64,000 nucleotides of DNA, from contig OZ336880.1 in NCBI GenBank assembly GCA_965287045.1, positions 74,834,001-74,898,000 of the forward strand. Direction: 5' to 3'. The notes beneath the pieces were generated by a model, which worked only from the letters and a program-made list of their open reading frames with translations, was not told the DNA's origin and did no database searches. The DNA is from Carcharhinus amblyrhynchos. Taxonomy: Eukaryota. Below are positions 48,473 through 61,989 of the stretch, one piece after another. Position 1 is the stretch's first letter. Each line of letters opens with the position of its first letter. The translations under genes were made by a program, and so were the position numbers.

Positions 48473-50109
48473 AAATTGGTGGAACAGGTTTGGAAGGCAG
48501 AAAGGTTGACTCCTGTCCCTGTATTACTAATATCAAACTCTGTGCGCGTGGGTGTGTAATATCTTTCCCTGCATACACCGGAAATCAATGAAAAACAGGT
48601 GACAGTTCTTTCAGTTGCCAGGAGTGTCAGATTCATTTGAATACACAGAGCCTACCGGAAGCCAATCACAATGACATTCCGTGCAAGTGGGAAAAAGTAG
48701 AAAGTTACAGAAATTTGACCTGTTATGTAGAACAATGCAAATAGTCACTTCGAAAGGTATATGAGAAAGGAAGAGATTGGAAATGATCACAGTTTTAGGG
48801 GTACGAGAGTGCTGGTGTGGAGAACAGGAGAAAAATATCTTGGACAAGGCACATCTAAGATATCCTGGAAAGGCCTGGGGCACATCCCTGGCCCACAAAC
48901 AATCCAGATATAAATTAATCTCCCAAATTTACCTGGTCTGATCACTCAATGCGAATTCGAATTTACAATTCTGGGGCTGATCCAATGCTGCTATTCAAAT
49001 GTGAAAATAAATATACTGTCCTGGCACTGATTACATCAATGGCCTTGATATTAAGATTCAAATTAGATCCCCACCTGCCTGCAAGCCTGAATCTTGGCCA
49101 AGTTAGTGTCAGCGAAGATTAAATGTTGCTGGTTAGAAATGATGCAACTTCCAGGTAGTGAACTCAGATTATTATAACCTCTTCCACACAGCATTCTTAG
49201 TAGGTAAGAGGTAGGGGGTTGGGGTGAGGGGTTAAAATTGACCTCACTATGTATGGCAAACTTCCCAACCAGGGTGGTGAATCAATAGCAAAGAAATAAT
49301 GTTTGTGGCAGGACTGAAGATGACCCAAAGTCTTTTCAGTGTTAAGGTAGGACTCATCTAAAATGGATGTTGCATGGATTAGTATCTTCAAAGAGTGCAA
49401 CTACCTTATGCTACTTTATAATATCTTAAAAGCCTCCACAAGCTCTCCTCTAAGGCACTGCTTTCAATTTTCTCTTGCCTTCCTTCTTAACACAGTTCTT
49501 TAATATTAGAGATCATCCTTGTGGCTCTGCATTATCTCCACATTTAACCATTCCCTTTCAGCTGCTTGTTAATTTTAATTGAGTACTTTTACTCCACAAT
49601 TGTGAGCAGAATGATGAAGGCATCAAACTCGGCTTTTGAGCTCATGCGAAAAGATTTATTGAGAATTTTAGACAGTGAAGGTTTCTCTCATGCTGTGGAC
49701 TTTAAATAGTTGCAATGGTTTTGTAAGGTCATGCTTGCATTCAGACAGCATTCAGTAATCCATCAGAATGTCTTTTCTTAAGGTTAAAATAGCATTCATG
49801 TTTGACACAGTTAATCAGACTAAGATGCATTGTGTAAATGGTAAGAAGGCATACTGTTTCCCTGTGAAGACTAGTCAACTAAATTTAGTCTGATTGAGAT
49901 GCCCACGAAATCAATTAATGCACAAATTAGTGCACTTATGGGAACCCATGACAGGTTTATTTCAGAAGGAGGTGTTCTATAGACACACGCTATGGATCAT
50001 GCAGAAACTCTTGAATTATATTTGTTCATCTTGGTGGGGATTGCAAATGGTGTTACAGTAGAAACATTTTGGATTTTGGGATCCAGAAACTCCAAGCACA
50101 AAAGAGGTA

Positions 50110-50406
50110 TTTATTTATTAGCGTCACAAATAGGGTTACATTAACATTGAAATGAAGTTACTGTGAAAATTCCCTAGTCGCCACACTCCAGCGCCTGTTT
50201 GAGTACTCTGAAAGAGAATCTAGTATGACCAATGCATCTAACCAGCACGTCTTTCAGACTGTGGGAGAAAACTGGAATACCTGGAGGAAACCCACACAGA
50301 CATGGGGAGAATGTGCATATTCTGCACAGTGACCTAGCAAGGAATTGAACTTGGGTCCCTGGTACCGTGAGGCAGCAGTGCTAACCATAGTGCCACGATG
50401 CCACCC
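50110..50406 (-). mobile_element. HE1/V-SINE, tail B
   Basis: Full reverse copy. Confidence 0.9.
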
Positions 50407-52684
50407 TCAAGGTGGACAGTAAAACTCCCATTGCCCTCCTCAAAGTGTGCCATAGCTCAACCAGTCTTGCCTTTTATGTTGCCATCATCCTCCCATTTGA
50501 TGGTAATAGGTCTGATCCTATCTCCTAAATCCACCTTTTTCATAGTGAGGTGTATACAAAATTATTGCTGAATTAGAAGTGCCGAATTAGACCTTTTTTT
50601 GTTTGCTTAACTCCTGTTTTGTGTGCTCTGAATAGAAGGTTGCAGACCCTTGTTTTTAAGTGACCCACAGCTACTTGAGAGAGCAGGCTTTCCTCTTATC
50701 GACGTGAGATGGATTCAGACTAAGTTTCCAGAGGTGAAAGATTATCATTCTAACCCAATGTGCCACTCCTTTCCCTGCAATTTGTTTTTTAATTCGTTGC
50801 TGCTTCCTTAGGACATTCTCCCAAAATTAAGCAGGCAAAGGGTCATGGACCCAGCTTTGACCCTTGGATCTATCGAGTTCCCTCATTCCAAGGGATGAAA
50901 GTTCAAATGCAGTGCAAGAGGAGGCTCTCGCAGCCGCAAGGTTAACGTCATCTTGAAAATCACAGTTCAGAAGATGCAGACGCACAACTGGAAGAGAGAA
51001 AAACACATAAATGCTACCACATTTAATTTGTTCGTTCTTACATTTGCATCGCTGATTGCTAACTATTTAAATATTAGCTGAATATTATAGTTATGAATCT
51101 GTTGTACCCCTGATATAAATTAACATTATAAATGCCAGCATAATCCACTCAGCACCACAGAATGCGCCCACCTGCCAGACACCTGTTCCCACTGTTTCAA
51201 TACTCTTTGATTACAGCAAATGCTGGGTCTCTTCTGAAGTAATGAGCAATTTTTACATTTTGCATGATTAGAAACAGATGCTGACAAAGCCTAGCTCTGC
51301 AGTTGTATGCATGAGCAATCGCTGATATGTTTATGATTAGAAATTACAAGAAGTCAAATCAGTGTTAATGCTATAAAGTAAACACCATATTTTTTTAAAA
51401 AAAAACAAAAATTCTGATTCAGCATCTCCTCTACTAGTTAATAACAACACATCTCTCTTTAATAAGACAGCTAACACATCAGAAGCTAACAAAACTCAGG
51501 ATGCAGAACTATATTCATCACCCACAGCCAGTCAACCAAATTGTCAATGCTTGTGTTTTGACTAACCGCATCTCATTCCCAATAAATGCAAGACTGAGGT
51601 GATGGAGGGGAAAGAATGTCATGTGATCAACAGGACAGGTTCAAAGTAACTTCCAGGCATCAATAGATAGTTTAAAATTGTAATTTTATTGAGATTATAC
51701 CATTTGTGATTGATTGGCTTGAGTTTTCAATGCACTGGGGCCAATTTTGACTTGCAGAAATTAGCCTTAACTGGGCGTTAATGGTTTTATGTTGGAGGCG
51801 GGAGACTTAACCGATCCATTAATGGCCATAGCCACCACAGTGTTCACAGAGACTGTGTGCTGAGCAGATGATGTGTTGTCTGTTTTAGTTGGCATGTTTG
51901 TTTAATATAAATTGAGGTTCTATGACATGCATGGATTGACACTTTCAGACAGAACTGGTGAACCGTGAACTCGAAACGATTTTACTGGTAATGATGGCTA
52001 AAAAGTCGCTTGAGGGGTGTGTAGAGTGGAAAGTAAAGCGAGGCCGCTTGGACATCCTGTACCCCAGCCCCACCACCTTTGTGATTGCGACAACCCCAAA
52101 GTCTTTACCCAATGATTGGAGACTGAACTTCTGACTCTGAACTCATGTAATATGATTCTCCCACATTTATGAATAAGCTTCCTATCAGCTGTAATAAAGA
52201 TCGTTACGACCAAGATTTAGATATTTAAATCATGACTAGTTAGAATGTTAATCAGCCTACGAATTCTTCCATTATTTCACATCAGAAGCAATCAACTTTT
52301 TGTCTTGCTGTGTGCATCTCACTTAACTTTCTGCTCTTCTAATAATCTCTACATTGCTAACTTATGTTCACTTCTACTGCATTTCTTGACTTCTTCTTTC
52401 CCTTGAAAATTCCTGCCCTCTGTCCAATCCCCTTTATTATTTTTTAATGCCAGCATCTTCTGTTAAATTCCATGCATCCCACCTCAATCCTATTGAGTTT
52501 CTGAATTCCCTCTATTACATCTTGACCCACTTCCTCAGTCCTGTCCACCCTAGCTTAATCATGTCATCTTCACCTATGCCTCCTTATCTTAATTTCACTC
52601 ATCTATTTGTGGTCTCAATGCCTCTCCTAATTCTTTTTCATGCATTGCATGCTCAATTTCCCCATCACCCCATTCCTCATAGGA

Positions 52685-53013
52685 TCATAGAATCCTTCAG
52701 TGCAGAAGGCGGCAATTGGCCCATCGAGTCTGCAGCGACCACAATCCTATTCAGGCCCTATCCCCATAACCCCGTGCATTTACCCTAGCTAGTCCCCCTG
52801 ACACTAAGGGGCAACTTAGCATGGCCAATCCACTTAACCCGCACATCTTTGGAGTGTGGGAGGAAACCAGAGCGCCCAGAGGAAATCTATGCAGAGACGG
52901 GGAGAACACACAAACTCCACGCAGACAGTGACCCGAGCCAGGAATCGAACCTGGGTACCTGGCACTATGAGGCAGAAGTGTTGACCACTGTGCCACTGTG
53001 CCGCAATGCCACC
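52685..53013 (-). mobile_element. HE1/V-SINE, tail A (relatively young)
   Basis: Full reverse copy retaining many CpGs and an intact B-box. Confidence 0.92.
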
Positions 53014-53552
53014 CATCACTTATACGTGACAAGCTTAGGCCTTATTATCCTACCTGAATCCCCATCAGCATTATCAAAAGGCGTTTTTTTTTAATGATGA
53101 ATCCCAACGACAATGAATGCCTAATTTCTTGCTCATTTTTACTTGCAGGTTCATTTTCGATATGTCAAGGGTGCTTCATAGCCTTTGTTAATTTTATTAT
53201 AACATTACCATGAGCTACGCAATTTGGTTCCCTGGCCCATCCGACAGTTTCCTTTCCAGGAAACCATATTTAATTGTATTTGCCAACTGCAAAATTTGGC
53301 AAACAATGTAGGCATTCATGGCCGACTAAAGATAAAGTGTCATTGAAACTAGCAATGGATGGACTGGCATGGAGTTGAAGTGAATGCGGGATTAGAAATG
53401 AGAAACTACGTTGGATTTATAAATGTGATGCATTCTGAATGACCAGTCGGAAGAACTTATCAATAACAATTTTTAAAAATTAAAGATAAAACAAATAGAA
53501 ATCACTCAGAACATTTCTTTTTCAGAATTACGAAGCCCTAAGTTTTAATCAA

Positions 53553-53672
53553 AGGCCAGGATTTTCCAGCCCCATTGTGGTGGGACCCACCTTAGGAGAT
53601 GCAGCAGCCCAGCCTAAAGTCCATTGACTTGTGACGGAAGTGGACGGTCCCAGTGGTCGAAGAAACTGGAAA
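53553..53672. mobile_element. Short Harbinger-like MITE
   Basis: ggccaggattttccagcc start; aagtccattgac core shared with 23346-23471. Confidence 0.6.
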
Positions 53673-53839
53673 GACATACTCAAAATAAAGGTAATTGAAA
53701 AATAGTAGATAACACGATAATCAGAATACATTTATGCCATGCCTTGATTTGCGATGCCTTCAGTCAAATTTTTACTTCAAGCTCCTGTCAAGTCTCAAAA
53801 GCTTAGCTTTTGTCTGTTGATGTTTTTGTTAGCACTTAC

Positions 53840-53953
53840 CTTGGCAATTTTGTGAGGTTTTTAACATGCAATTCTCGATTTGCGATCATTTTAGCATGCA
53901 ATGTCTCTTTTCTGAGCATGTGGAATTGGGGGAAAATCACAGTGTGCATCAAT
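53840..53953 (-). other. Candidate minus-strand exon (114 nt)
   Basis: Acceptor ccttcttcacttcacag| and donor AAG|gtaagt; one open frame LMHTVIFPQFHMLRKETLHAKMIANRELHVKNLTKLP, not recognised. Confidence 0.3.
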
Positions 53954-55859
53954 CTGTGAAGTGAAGAAGGAAGGTGTATCTCCTTGACCTTTGAGCATTT
54001 GCAATTTATTCGCTTTTTTTCCAAAAAAAGACTTTGAAATAAGCTGACAATTGAATCCTCTGAGCTTTATTTTAAGCAAATGATACATCTCAAATTTGAA
54101 CAACTGCTCCTTTTCGAATATGAACTGCTCAATTTTACCTCACAGACAGTTAAATAACACCTGCGAATAACATCACCTGTTTTTCTCTTTTCTTGCCATT
54201 TAGAAAGGAAAACACAGAATGTTTATCAAGAATTGATTTACAATTCCAGTTTGTTTCTCCAAGTGATTTAAATCTAGCTGGGAGTGAAATCTGGATTGTT
54301 TAGCTTGTCCCAGTTAGATTTCATCCAAATAAATCACTGAGTTTTTGAAATTCTCATTTTGGTTCAAAACTTAGTAACAAAATCTGAGAAAGACCACAGC
54401 CAATTAAAAGGCATCAAGTTAATTTCATTTTTGTACCAAAAATTGCACCTGGCTTAAAAGATAAACTTTTGTGTGATTATGGCATAAGAACCTAAAGGCA
54501 GAAAATGATCAAGTACAGAAAAGCTATTGGGAGTCGAGTGGGGAGTTATCTGATGACCAAAAGGAAATTTAGACGTGTTGGAGGAGCAGGACAACAGGCT
54601 GACAAACTCCGGGTGTTACCTTCCAGGCTGAAAAGGACCAAAAATGTTCTGGCTGCCATGCTCCTCAGTTCCACTTCTCAAACCTGCTAATGACTGTTTC
54701 TCCAAAATAAAGGCAAAGTCCTCATTCCTGTCAGGTATGTCTCTCCCCTCCCCACCCCCCCCAACAAATCCTCCCCACTAGCCCCACCTTGTCCCCCAGC
54801 TCCATTCAGATTTCAGTTTCCTCTTGACCGGAAATTTGCAACTTCATCCCATAACTCCTTTGCGAGTGCTCCAAGCCCCACAAGGCAAATCGTCCCCAAC
54901 ACTGGGGTCACCCTCAGGAAAAGAGATCCCTTGAAATGTTCCCTGAGCCCAGAGCCACCCCTATTCCTCCGATACATCTTAAGATTCCTCTACAAAACTT
55001 GTGTAAAATGAGATCATTTGGATCTCAGGTTCCGATCATAGTTCTATTCCTGATCCAGGATTGTTCCTCATATGGATAAATTAGCATATTTGATTATATT
55101 TCTTGACACAACTTCCCTGTTCATCTGAACTTTAAGCTTAAGGAATGCCATAGGATGCCAACTCATTTTCAGAAAATTGCAAATGAATATTGTTACAGAA
55201 CAAAATTTATCTATTTTATTTCATCTCAACATGTTCTCCCTATTTTGCTACAAGATCGTTTTGGCACCTCTCAGTCTTTTTTTTCCATCAACAAGCTCCA
55301 AAATGAGTTGAGTTGCAGAAGAGCTTTCCTCCTTGATTTGTGCATTTGTGGGGCAATAAAACAGTTCTCGGTGAAGAAACTGGGCAAATTATCTTAGAAG
55401 GAAAATCCTGTCCCAACGCATAAAAAATATTTAGTAGCTAAGCACTTTGGTTAATGCTCATTGCCTGGAAACTATTTATTGGTCTCCAAGTAGAACAATT
55501 GAAAGTAAAGTACTTCAAATGCAGCATCATGTAGCCTGGAAGCAGTGAATCATGGGGAAGGAAAATGCCAAATTAATCCAAAGACAAAAATGGAGAGAGC
55601 AGCAAGAGGTTTGCTTAAAAAAAAACTCAATTTTGGTTTGCAGGAGTATGATCCTTGTATGCTATAATCACTAAAGTTTGTGAATTGCTTTTGGAGCAAA
55701 TGCTGGTGTTAACTCTGGTTTGTTGAAAGTTTACTTTGAGTCAGGATCTTCTTGGTTTAAGGCCTAAACCACTAATTTGATCTTGGCATGCCAATTTTGA
55801 AGGTGCTTGAGATTTTAAAGGATATATTCTGATGCATGTTTCTGGTAACAGAGACCAAT

Positions 55860-56410
55860 GTTAAAGATCTCATTTTGTCAGGATTAGAAGATGAACAGGA
55901 AGATCTCCTGGTGTCTGGATAATGTTACTTCTTCAATAAACATATCTAAGTAGATTAATCAATCATTCACCTCATTGTTGTTTGTAGTTTCATCCTGTGT
56001 GTAAACTTGGCAGCATGTTGGCACAGTGGATAGCACTGCTGCCTCACAGCTCCAGAGGCCTGCACTCAATTCCTGGCCTGGGTCACTGTTTATTCCGTGT
56101 CTGCTCATTCTCCTGTATCTGCGTGACCTTCCTCCAGGTGCTCTGGTTTCCTCTCACAAACCAGAAGAAATGCTGGTTAAGTTCATTGGCCATGCTAAGT
56201 TCTCCCTCAGTGTACTCAAACAGGGCCCTGGAGTATGGCGACAGGGGGATTTTCACAGTAACTTAATTGCAGTGTTAATGTAAGCCTACTTGTGACGCTA
56301 ATAACTAAATCTTTCTGCATTAACCAAAAAAACTGCACTTCAAAGTAATAAACTGAATCTGAAGAACCTTGGAATGCATCTGATACATGCAGCTGTCTAT
56401 ATAAATCCAA
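55860..56410 (+). mobile_element. Deu-domain SINE interrupted by an HE1 tail-B SINE (56009-56310)
   Basis: Deu-like gaagatgaacagg..ctcctggtgtc...ctcattgttgtttgt before the insert; cacttcaaagta...ctatataaat after it. Confidence 0.8.
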
Positions 56411-56453
56411 ATTTTTTTTATATATTTTGTTTGCTTTTTCCATTTCCTTCATG

Positions 56454-56797
56454 AGGCAGTATGGTGGCACAGTGGCATAGCGGTTAGCACAGCTGCCTCA
56501 CAGCACCTGGGATCCGGGTTTGATTCTGGCCTTGGGTGACAATCTACATGGAGTTTGCACATTCTCCCCATGCCTGCGTAGGTTTCCTCCGAGTGCTCTG
56601 TTTTCCTCCCGCAGTTGAAAGATTTGCAGGTTAGGTGGATTGGCCATGTTAAATTGCCCCTTGGCGTCACGGGATATGTGGGTTAGGGCGATTAATGGAG
56701 TAAATGCATGGGGTTACGGGGCTAGACCCTGGGTAAGGTGCTCTGTCAGACTCGATGGGCTGAATGACCTCCTTCTGCACTGCAGGATTCTATGATT
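56454..56797 (+). mobile_element. HE1/V-SINE, tail A
   Basis: Full copy. Confidence 0.9.
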
Positions 56798-58443
56798 GCA
56801 TGAGTCAAACGTTTGAGGTTAAAATAAAGCAAAACTCCACTGTTGTACATTACACATAATTACACATGCCCTTCCTATAACACTGCCCCACCCGTCCTCC
56901 CCCGCTACCCTTGCCTTAATGTCACAAGTTGAATTTTCCACAGCGCAAAGACGTAATTGAGATAATTTGGCAGAGGATACAGCTTGCACGTTAAGCAAGA
57001 ATATATACAAACATTTTAAAACACAATTGACTTCTCTTTCAAACAAAAACGTACTGTAAAATATAGTGCACAGCTGACATCTTGTCTCGGACAGAAACAG
57101 CACAAAACAAGCACTGCATTCTAAATCAGACCAGGGCCATACTTCTCCATACCAGGAGCATGAATGCAAAAAAAAACATGCCTGAGGTTGCAACATCTTT
57201 TTTTAAAAATTAGGAGAGAGGACCCAGAGAAGCGACAGCCAATTCCTTCTGTAAGAGGATTTTAAATCAGTAAGATGGTGCTTATCGTTAGAGATTCTCA
57301 ATTCAGTCTGGAACTGAACCTGGCAACAGCTGTAATTTTTCATCTAAATGGATAAAACTTGATGAAGTGTTAGATAATACAAATAAAATGTTGAACTCAG
57401 AATTCGGAACTCTGGAAGGAGGCCAAACAATTAAAAAAAATAAAGATTTCAGCGTAAGAATCGTCAGGATTCGTGAGGTCCTTCAAACATCGTAATTATT
57501 AAAAAATAAACACATTATGAAGAGGTATCAAGTTTTGATTTCTGCTAATTGAAACTTTGCAATTGGTGGGTAATGCTGGCTGTCAATCAGTGTGAGCCAT
57601 GGACCGATAATATCATTTTTTGTCAGCCATATGCTTCGAACTCTCCACCTCATCAGAGGCATAAAACCACAGGCTCATGCAGATTGATGACATTCCTATA
57701 CATCTTCCCGTGAGTGTCGGTTAAATTAAAAACGTAATGTCAATAGATCGTCAGCATCTCTATAACGAGCATTGAAAGTTCAAAACTGGCAAGGTTTTTT
57801 TCAGTGGTTCGTAAGCGCAGAGTGCAACCTTTTCCTCCGGGCTTTTCTCTCCTTTGTCATTGTTACAAAATATGATGCATTATAAAAAGGAAGGTGGAAG
57901 TGAATTCATCCCATCTTAGCTCATTTATCAAGAAAAACCCGGTGGTTCCCTCATTAGTGAGCCTGATACATAAGCAGTTCTAGCCTTTCCATCTCCACTA
58001 CAAACACCAAAGTCTGTTTAATGCAGTGACCATTCATTGCGTGATGAAGAGTTTCCTGACACCTTTCTTAATTTTTCTTTTTGTAATCTTGAATCTATGT
58101 CCCTTTGTCCTGGTACAATGATTTAATTTGAGGTCCTATCTTCTTTTTATCTTCTTTTTTTATCCCTGTATGGTTATCTTAAGCATCTTTTATCAAATTT
58201 GCAAAGTCCAAGGCTCAGTTTTTCACCACAATGGAGAGAGAATCTCTCCGTTATGGTGAGAATAACAGAATGCTGAAAATGCCAAGTCTTGCCTCAGACA
58301 TGGCACTTTACATTTTTGCAGGGGTGGGATTAGGGGATAGGGGTGTTACACCATCCACGTTTTGTAGCGTCAACTGTTTGTTGACTTAAACAAAGCTTCT
58401 TTCCTGCTGCTGTTAGACTTTTGATTAGAGTTACCTTGCATTA

Positions 58444-58775
58444 GGGGCAGCACAGTAGTTAGCACTGTGGCTTCACAGCTCCAGGGACCTGGGTTCGATT
58501 CCCAGCTTAGGTCACTGTCTGTGTGGAGTTTGCACGTTCTCCCCGTGTCTGCGGGAGTTTCCTCCGGGTGCTCCGGTTTCCTCCCACAGTCCAAAGGTGT
58601 GCAGGTTAGGTTGATTGGCCATTCGAAAATTGCCCCTTAATGTCATGAGATGTGTAGGTTAGAGGGATTAGTGGGTACATGTGTAGGGATATGGGGGTGG
58701 GACCTGGGTGGGATTGTGGTTAGTGCAGACTCTGTGGGCCAAATGGCCTCTTTCTGCACTAAAGGGTTTCTATGA
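58444..58775 (+). mobile_element. HE1/V-SINE, tail A (relatively young)
   Basis: Full copy with intact A/B boxes and retained CpGs. Confidence 0.92.
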
Positions 58776-58946
58776 TTAAGTTGATCTTTCTCTCCACCCT
58801 TGGTATGACTATAATGCTACACTCTGAACTCTCTCGTTTCCTTCTCTATGAATGGTATGCTTTGTCTGTATACCGCGCAAGAAACAATACTTTTCACTGC
58901 ATGTTAATACATGAGACAATAATAAATCAAATCAAATCAAATCAAA
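58775..58946 (+). mobile_element. Rex1/Babar 3'UTR fused to the preceding SINE
   Basis: attaagttgatctttctct...aataaatcaaatcaaatcaaatcaa matches ~34463-34627. Confidence 0.9.
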
Positions 58947-59109
58947 CACAAGCATTAGCAATTAGTATTATTACTACTTGACTACTTATACTCTTTATCA
59001 TTATTTGAGTGGCGGACTGTCAGTTCGTCATTTAATCTCCCTCACCTTCTAATTTACCCCTGACCTTCCCTTTTGCTCCTCCTAGCCCTCCCCAAATGTT
59101 CAACACCAT

Positions 59110-59235
59110 GGGTGGGATATTCTGACCATGTCATCCCAAAACCAAAAACTCCTGCCTGAGTTCAACGGACCTTCCTACAGCACATCGCTCGCCTGCTAAA
59201 ATTCCTGTGGTGGGCGGAGCAGGAAAATTTGCCCC
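59110..59235. mobile_element. Short Harbinger-like MITE
   Basis: gggtgggatattct...ggaaaatttgccc termini. Confidence 0.65.
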
Positions 59236-59276
59236 TCTAAAACCCATCACATGCTCTGCTAGAGTGTCTATCAGAC

Positions 59277-59452
59277 AATCGATGGGCCAAATGGCCTCTT
59301 CTGCACTGTTGGGATTCTATGATTTTATGATTTCTACCTCTTGTCAGTCCCAAAGAAAAGTCATATTAGGCTCAAAACGTTAACTCAGTTTCTCTCTTAC
59401 AGATGCTGCCAGGCTTGTTCAGTTTTTTCCAATAGCTCCTGTTTTCAGTTCA
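59277..59452 (+). mobile_element. HE1 tail fragment followed by a Penelope-like (P2) fragment
   Basis: tcgatgggccaaatggcctc...ttctatga, then aaacgttaactcagtttctctcttacagatgctgcc. Confidence 0.7.
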
Positions 59453-61989
59453 CCTGTATATATTACAATGCAGTAAATTCAGCATTTGATTGACAGCCTC
59501 AAATGGTCAGTAAGGGATTGGCAGTCTGATATGGGGACATAAATACAAATGATTGTTTTTCTGAAGGATTAATACTTGAGGGCATTTAAATGCACAGAAT
59601 GGCATTTGTCAACGAGTGTTTGTTTTATATAGTGAAGTCTATAATAGATATTTTGGTCTAGATTTTCACCTTTGTGCAGACAGTAAAAGTCAGAAAGTTT
59701 CCCAGTTCAGTGGCTCACCTTGGGATAAAGTATTTGTAAATGTGTAGTTTCTGTTCTGGAGTGGGCTGTGAGGGGTAACAGGAGTTAGGTCTGCCTTCAC
59801 TGCAAAGAGTTTGTGGGCAGCCACTGAGGCTGCTACATGTGGAGGAGGGTCGGTTAAAAGGCTCACCTCAGTGCTCTGCGTCTTCGTTCCAGTTACAGTA
59901 GGATCAGTTAAACAAAAAAAAGCTCTCCTGCCCTCATCCCTCACTCATGTGACTCTCACCCCTGTCACCCACACACACTCCATATGACCCATCCATGCCA
60001 ATTCATGCCCTCTAATCCCCCACTCATTCCCATGGGCCCTCAAACCATCCATGCCAGTCTGTGTCCACCACACACTTCCTTGGTCCCTCATTGAACCTTA
60101 TAATGACAATAGCATAAATAAGAAAGCTTTAAAAAGTAGACTTTTGTTCATAAAATTGAGCTCTGTAAAAGTGCCAATCATCAAGACCCTTTAAAGTATC
60201 AGTCACAGAAACAACAAGCACTTGAAAAATCTTTGTGTAAGTAAACAATGTGAGAGTTACAGAATAGGTCAGAGAGAAAGAACAATCAATCAAGCAATAT
60301 TTTCCTGGAGCACAACTGTTTCACCAGAGTAATGGATGTTTGGGTTCTCAGCCAAGCCTCATTATGCATTCCTGTGCTCAAGTCTGTGAAGTAGGACTGT
60401 GAACAGGGAACAAAAGAGCTTAAATATGGCTTCATCTGACCTATATTCCACTGTTCTGCCTGGTTAGCTTTGCAAACCTTTGGTCTTGTTACATGTTGCT
60501 CCTTGGTGATTGGGCCAATTAAGTGTCAAGGCTGCTAAAACTTGTAAAGCTCTTTTCACATTTTAGCTATTTTGACAAAATGTTCTGTTCATTTTTCTTC
60601 CTATATAGCATTCATTAACTGGATCTGGACCTACACCCTATCTGGCATGAAAAGATTTGCAAACACTTCTGAATCAAGACCATGATGCCTTTATAACTTC
60701 AAAGCACAATGGAAATGAACCAATACAGTCTTACAAGATCTTTGTCCTGACTGTAAATTGTTGACAAAGATTGTGAAGCAAAGTAAAACCTTAAATTATA
60801 ATCACTGTTCTGATTATAGCACCAGAAATATCATAGGGAGAGGAAATTCAACAAGGAACCTCAACATATTATATGTCAGCAAAATGGAACTCTCTCTCAG
60901 TCCCATTATCAAGCAGTGCCCATGTAGTTAGCCAACGAGATTAGCAGTAAAACGGCCTTTTAGGCAGCAAACGCATGTAACATTCCTGGGCAACTTGATT
61001 TTTTTTCCTTCATTTATGTTTTTAATATTCCCTCATCTAAATGGGCCAAGTGAGCTGGCAGTGAGACCTATCTCTGAATTCTAATAGATGAATATTTGTA
61101 CAGTTAGTAGGAGCTAATGGGATCATTTTCATTCTGTTACAGCAAATCAACAGTTACAGAATTGCCATCTGTGGTTTTGGTAACCTGCATCAGATGTGAA
61201 TTCTGTTACTGCAAGGTAGAGCAGCTTGTTTAATGATTCCTAATCTTTTTTTTAATTAAATCATTCAGTCAGCCTTACAAAATGTATCTGAAAGCAGCCG
61301 CAAATTGCTGTTCTGAAAGTAGCAGCAGGATATTTAACTGGCATAGGTTGCAACTTCGAATGTAACAAAAATAATGAAACCATTTTTATAAAATACACTG
61401 ATTTATGTACCGGCCTACCTTCTTGTATGAATAATTAAGAAGTCACAGAAGATGTTAATTACTTACACTGATAAAAATAGTTAATCAATGTTAACAGAGA
61501 GGTACTGGGAGAAAGAAGTTATCCTATAAAATGCATATGCTGGCTTTTACTTTCCAAGCTGATATTAGCTCAGGGTTATGGTTTATCCCTAACCCTTAGT
61601 TGATGAGACTTGCAGTGCTTAATTGCTGAGATATCAGCACCAATTGAAAAAAAATGTATTATGATATACACTTGTAGACTTCTGAGACTCATCAGTTATT
61701 GGATGCATGAATTATACTAGGTGCAGATAACATTACCCAAGGTATGATTAACAAGTCCAAATTGAACCGAGTCTGGTTGGTTTGGGTGAAGAATTGTTTC
61801 AGGTGGATTTGCATTCAAGTTACAAAAAGGGTGTCCCTGGAAAATAGTACCTCCAAACACATGAACTCTTCTATCTATAAAGAGAAGGGCGGCAGGCAGA
61901 TAGGAACACCATCATCTTCAAATTCCCCTCCAACTCACATACCGTCCTGGCTGAGACCAATATATTGTTGCCAGCTGTTGCCCAGTTAG

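Noticed and set aside
49612-49690. ATGATGA C-box-like motif (possible C/D snoRNA)
   Set aside because: No suitably placed CTGA D box with a terminal stem.
57634-57660. Minus-strand CTGATGA...CGAAG
   Set aside because: GAAG instead of GAAA, and no stem II.
61562-61625. ~16-bp imperfect hairpin next to a 12-nt match to miR-499 (agacttgcagtg)
   Set aside because: Stem too short for a pre-miRNA, the seed differs, and the match lies outside the stem.
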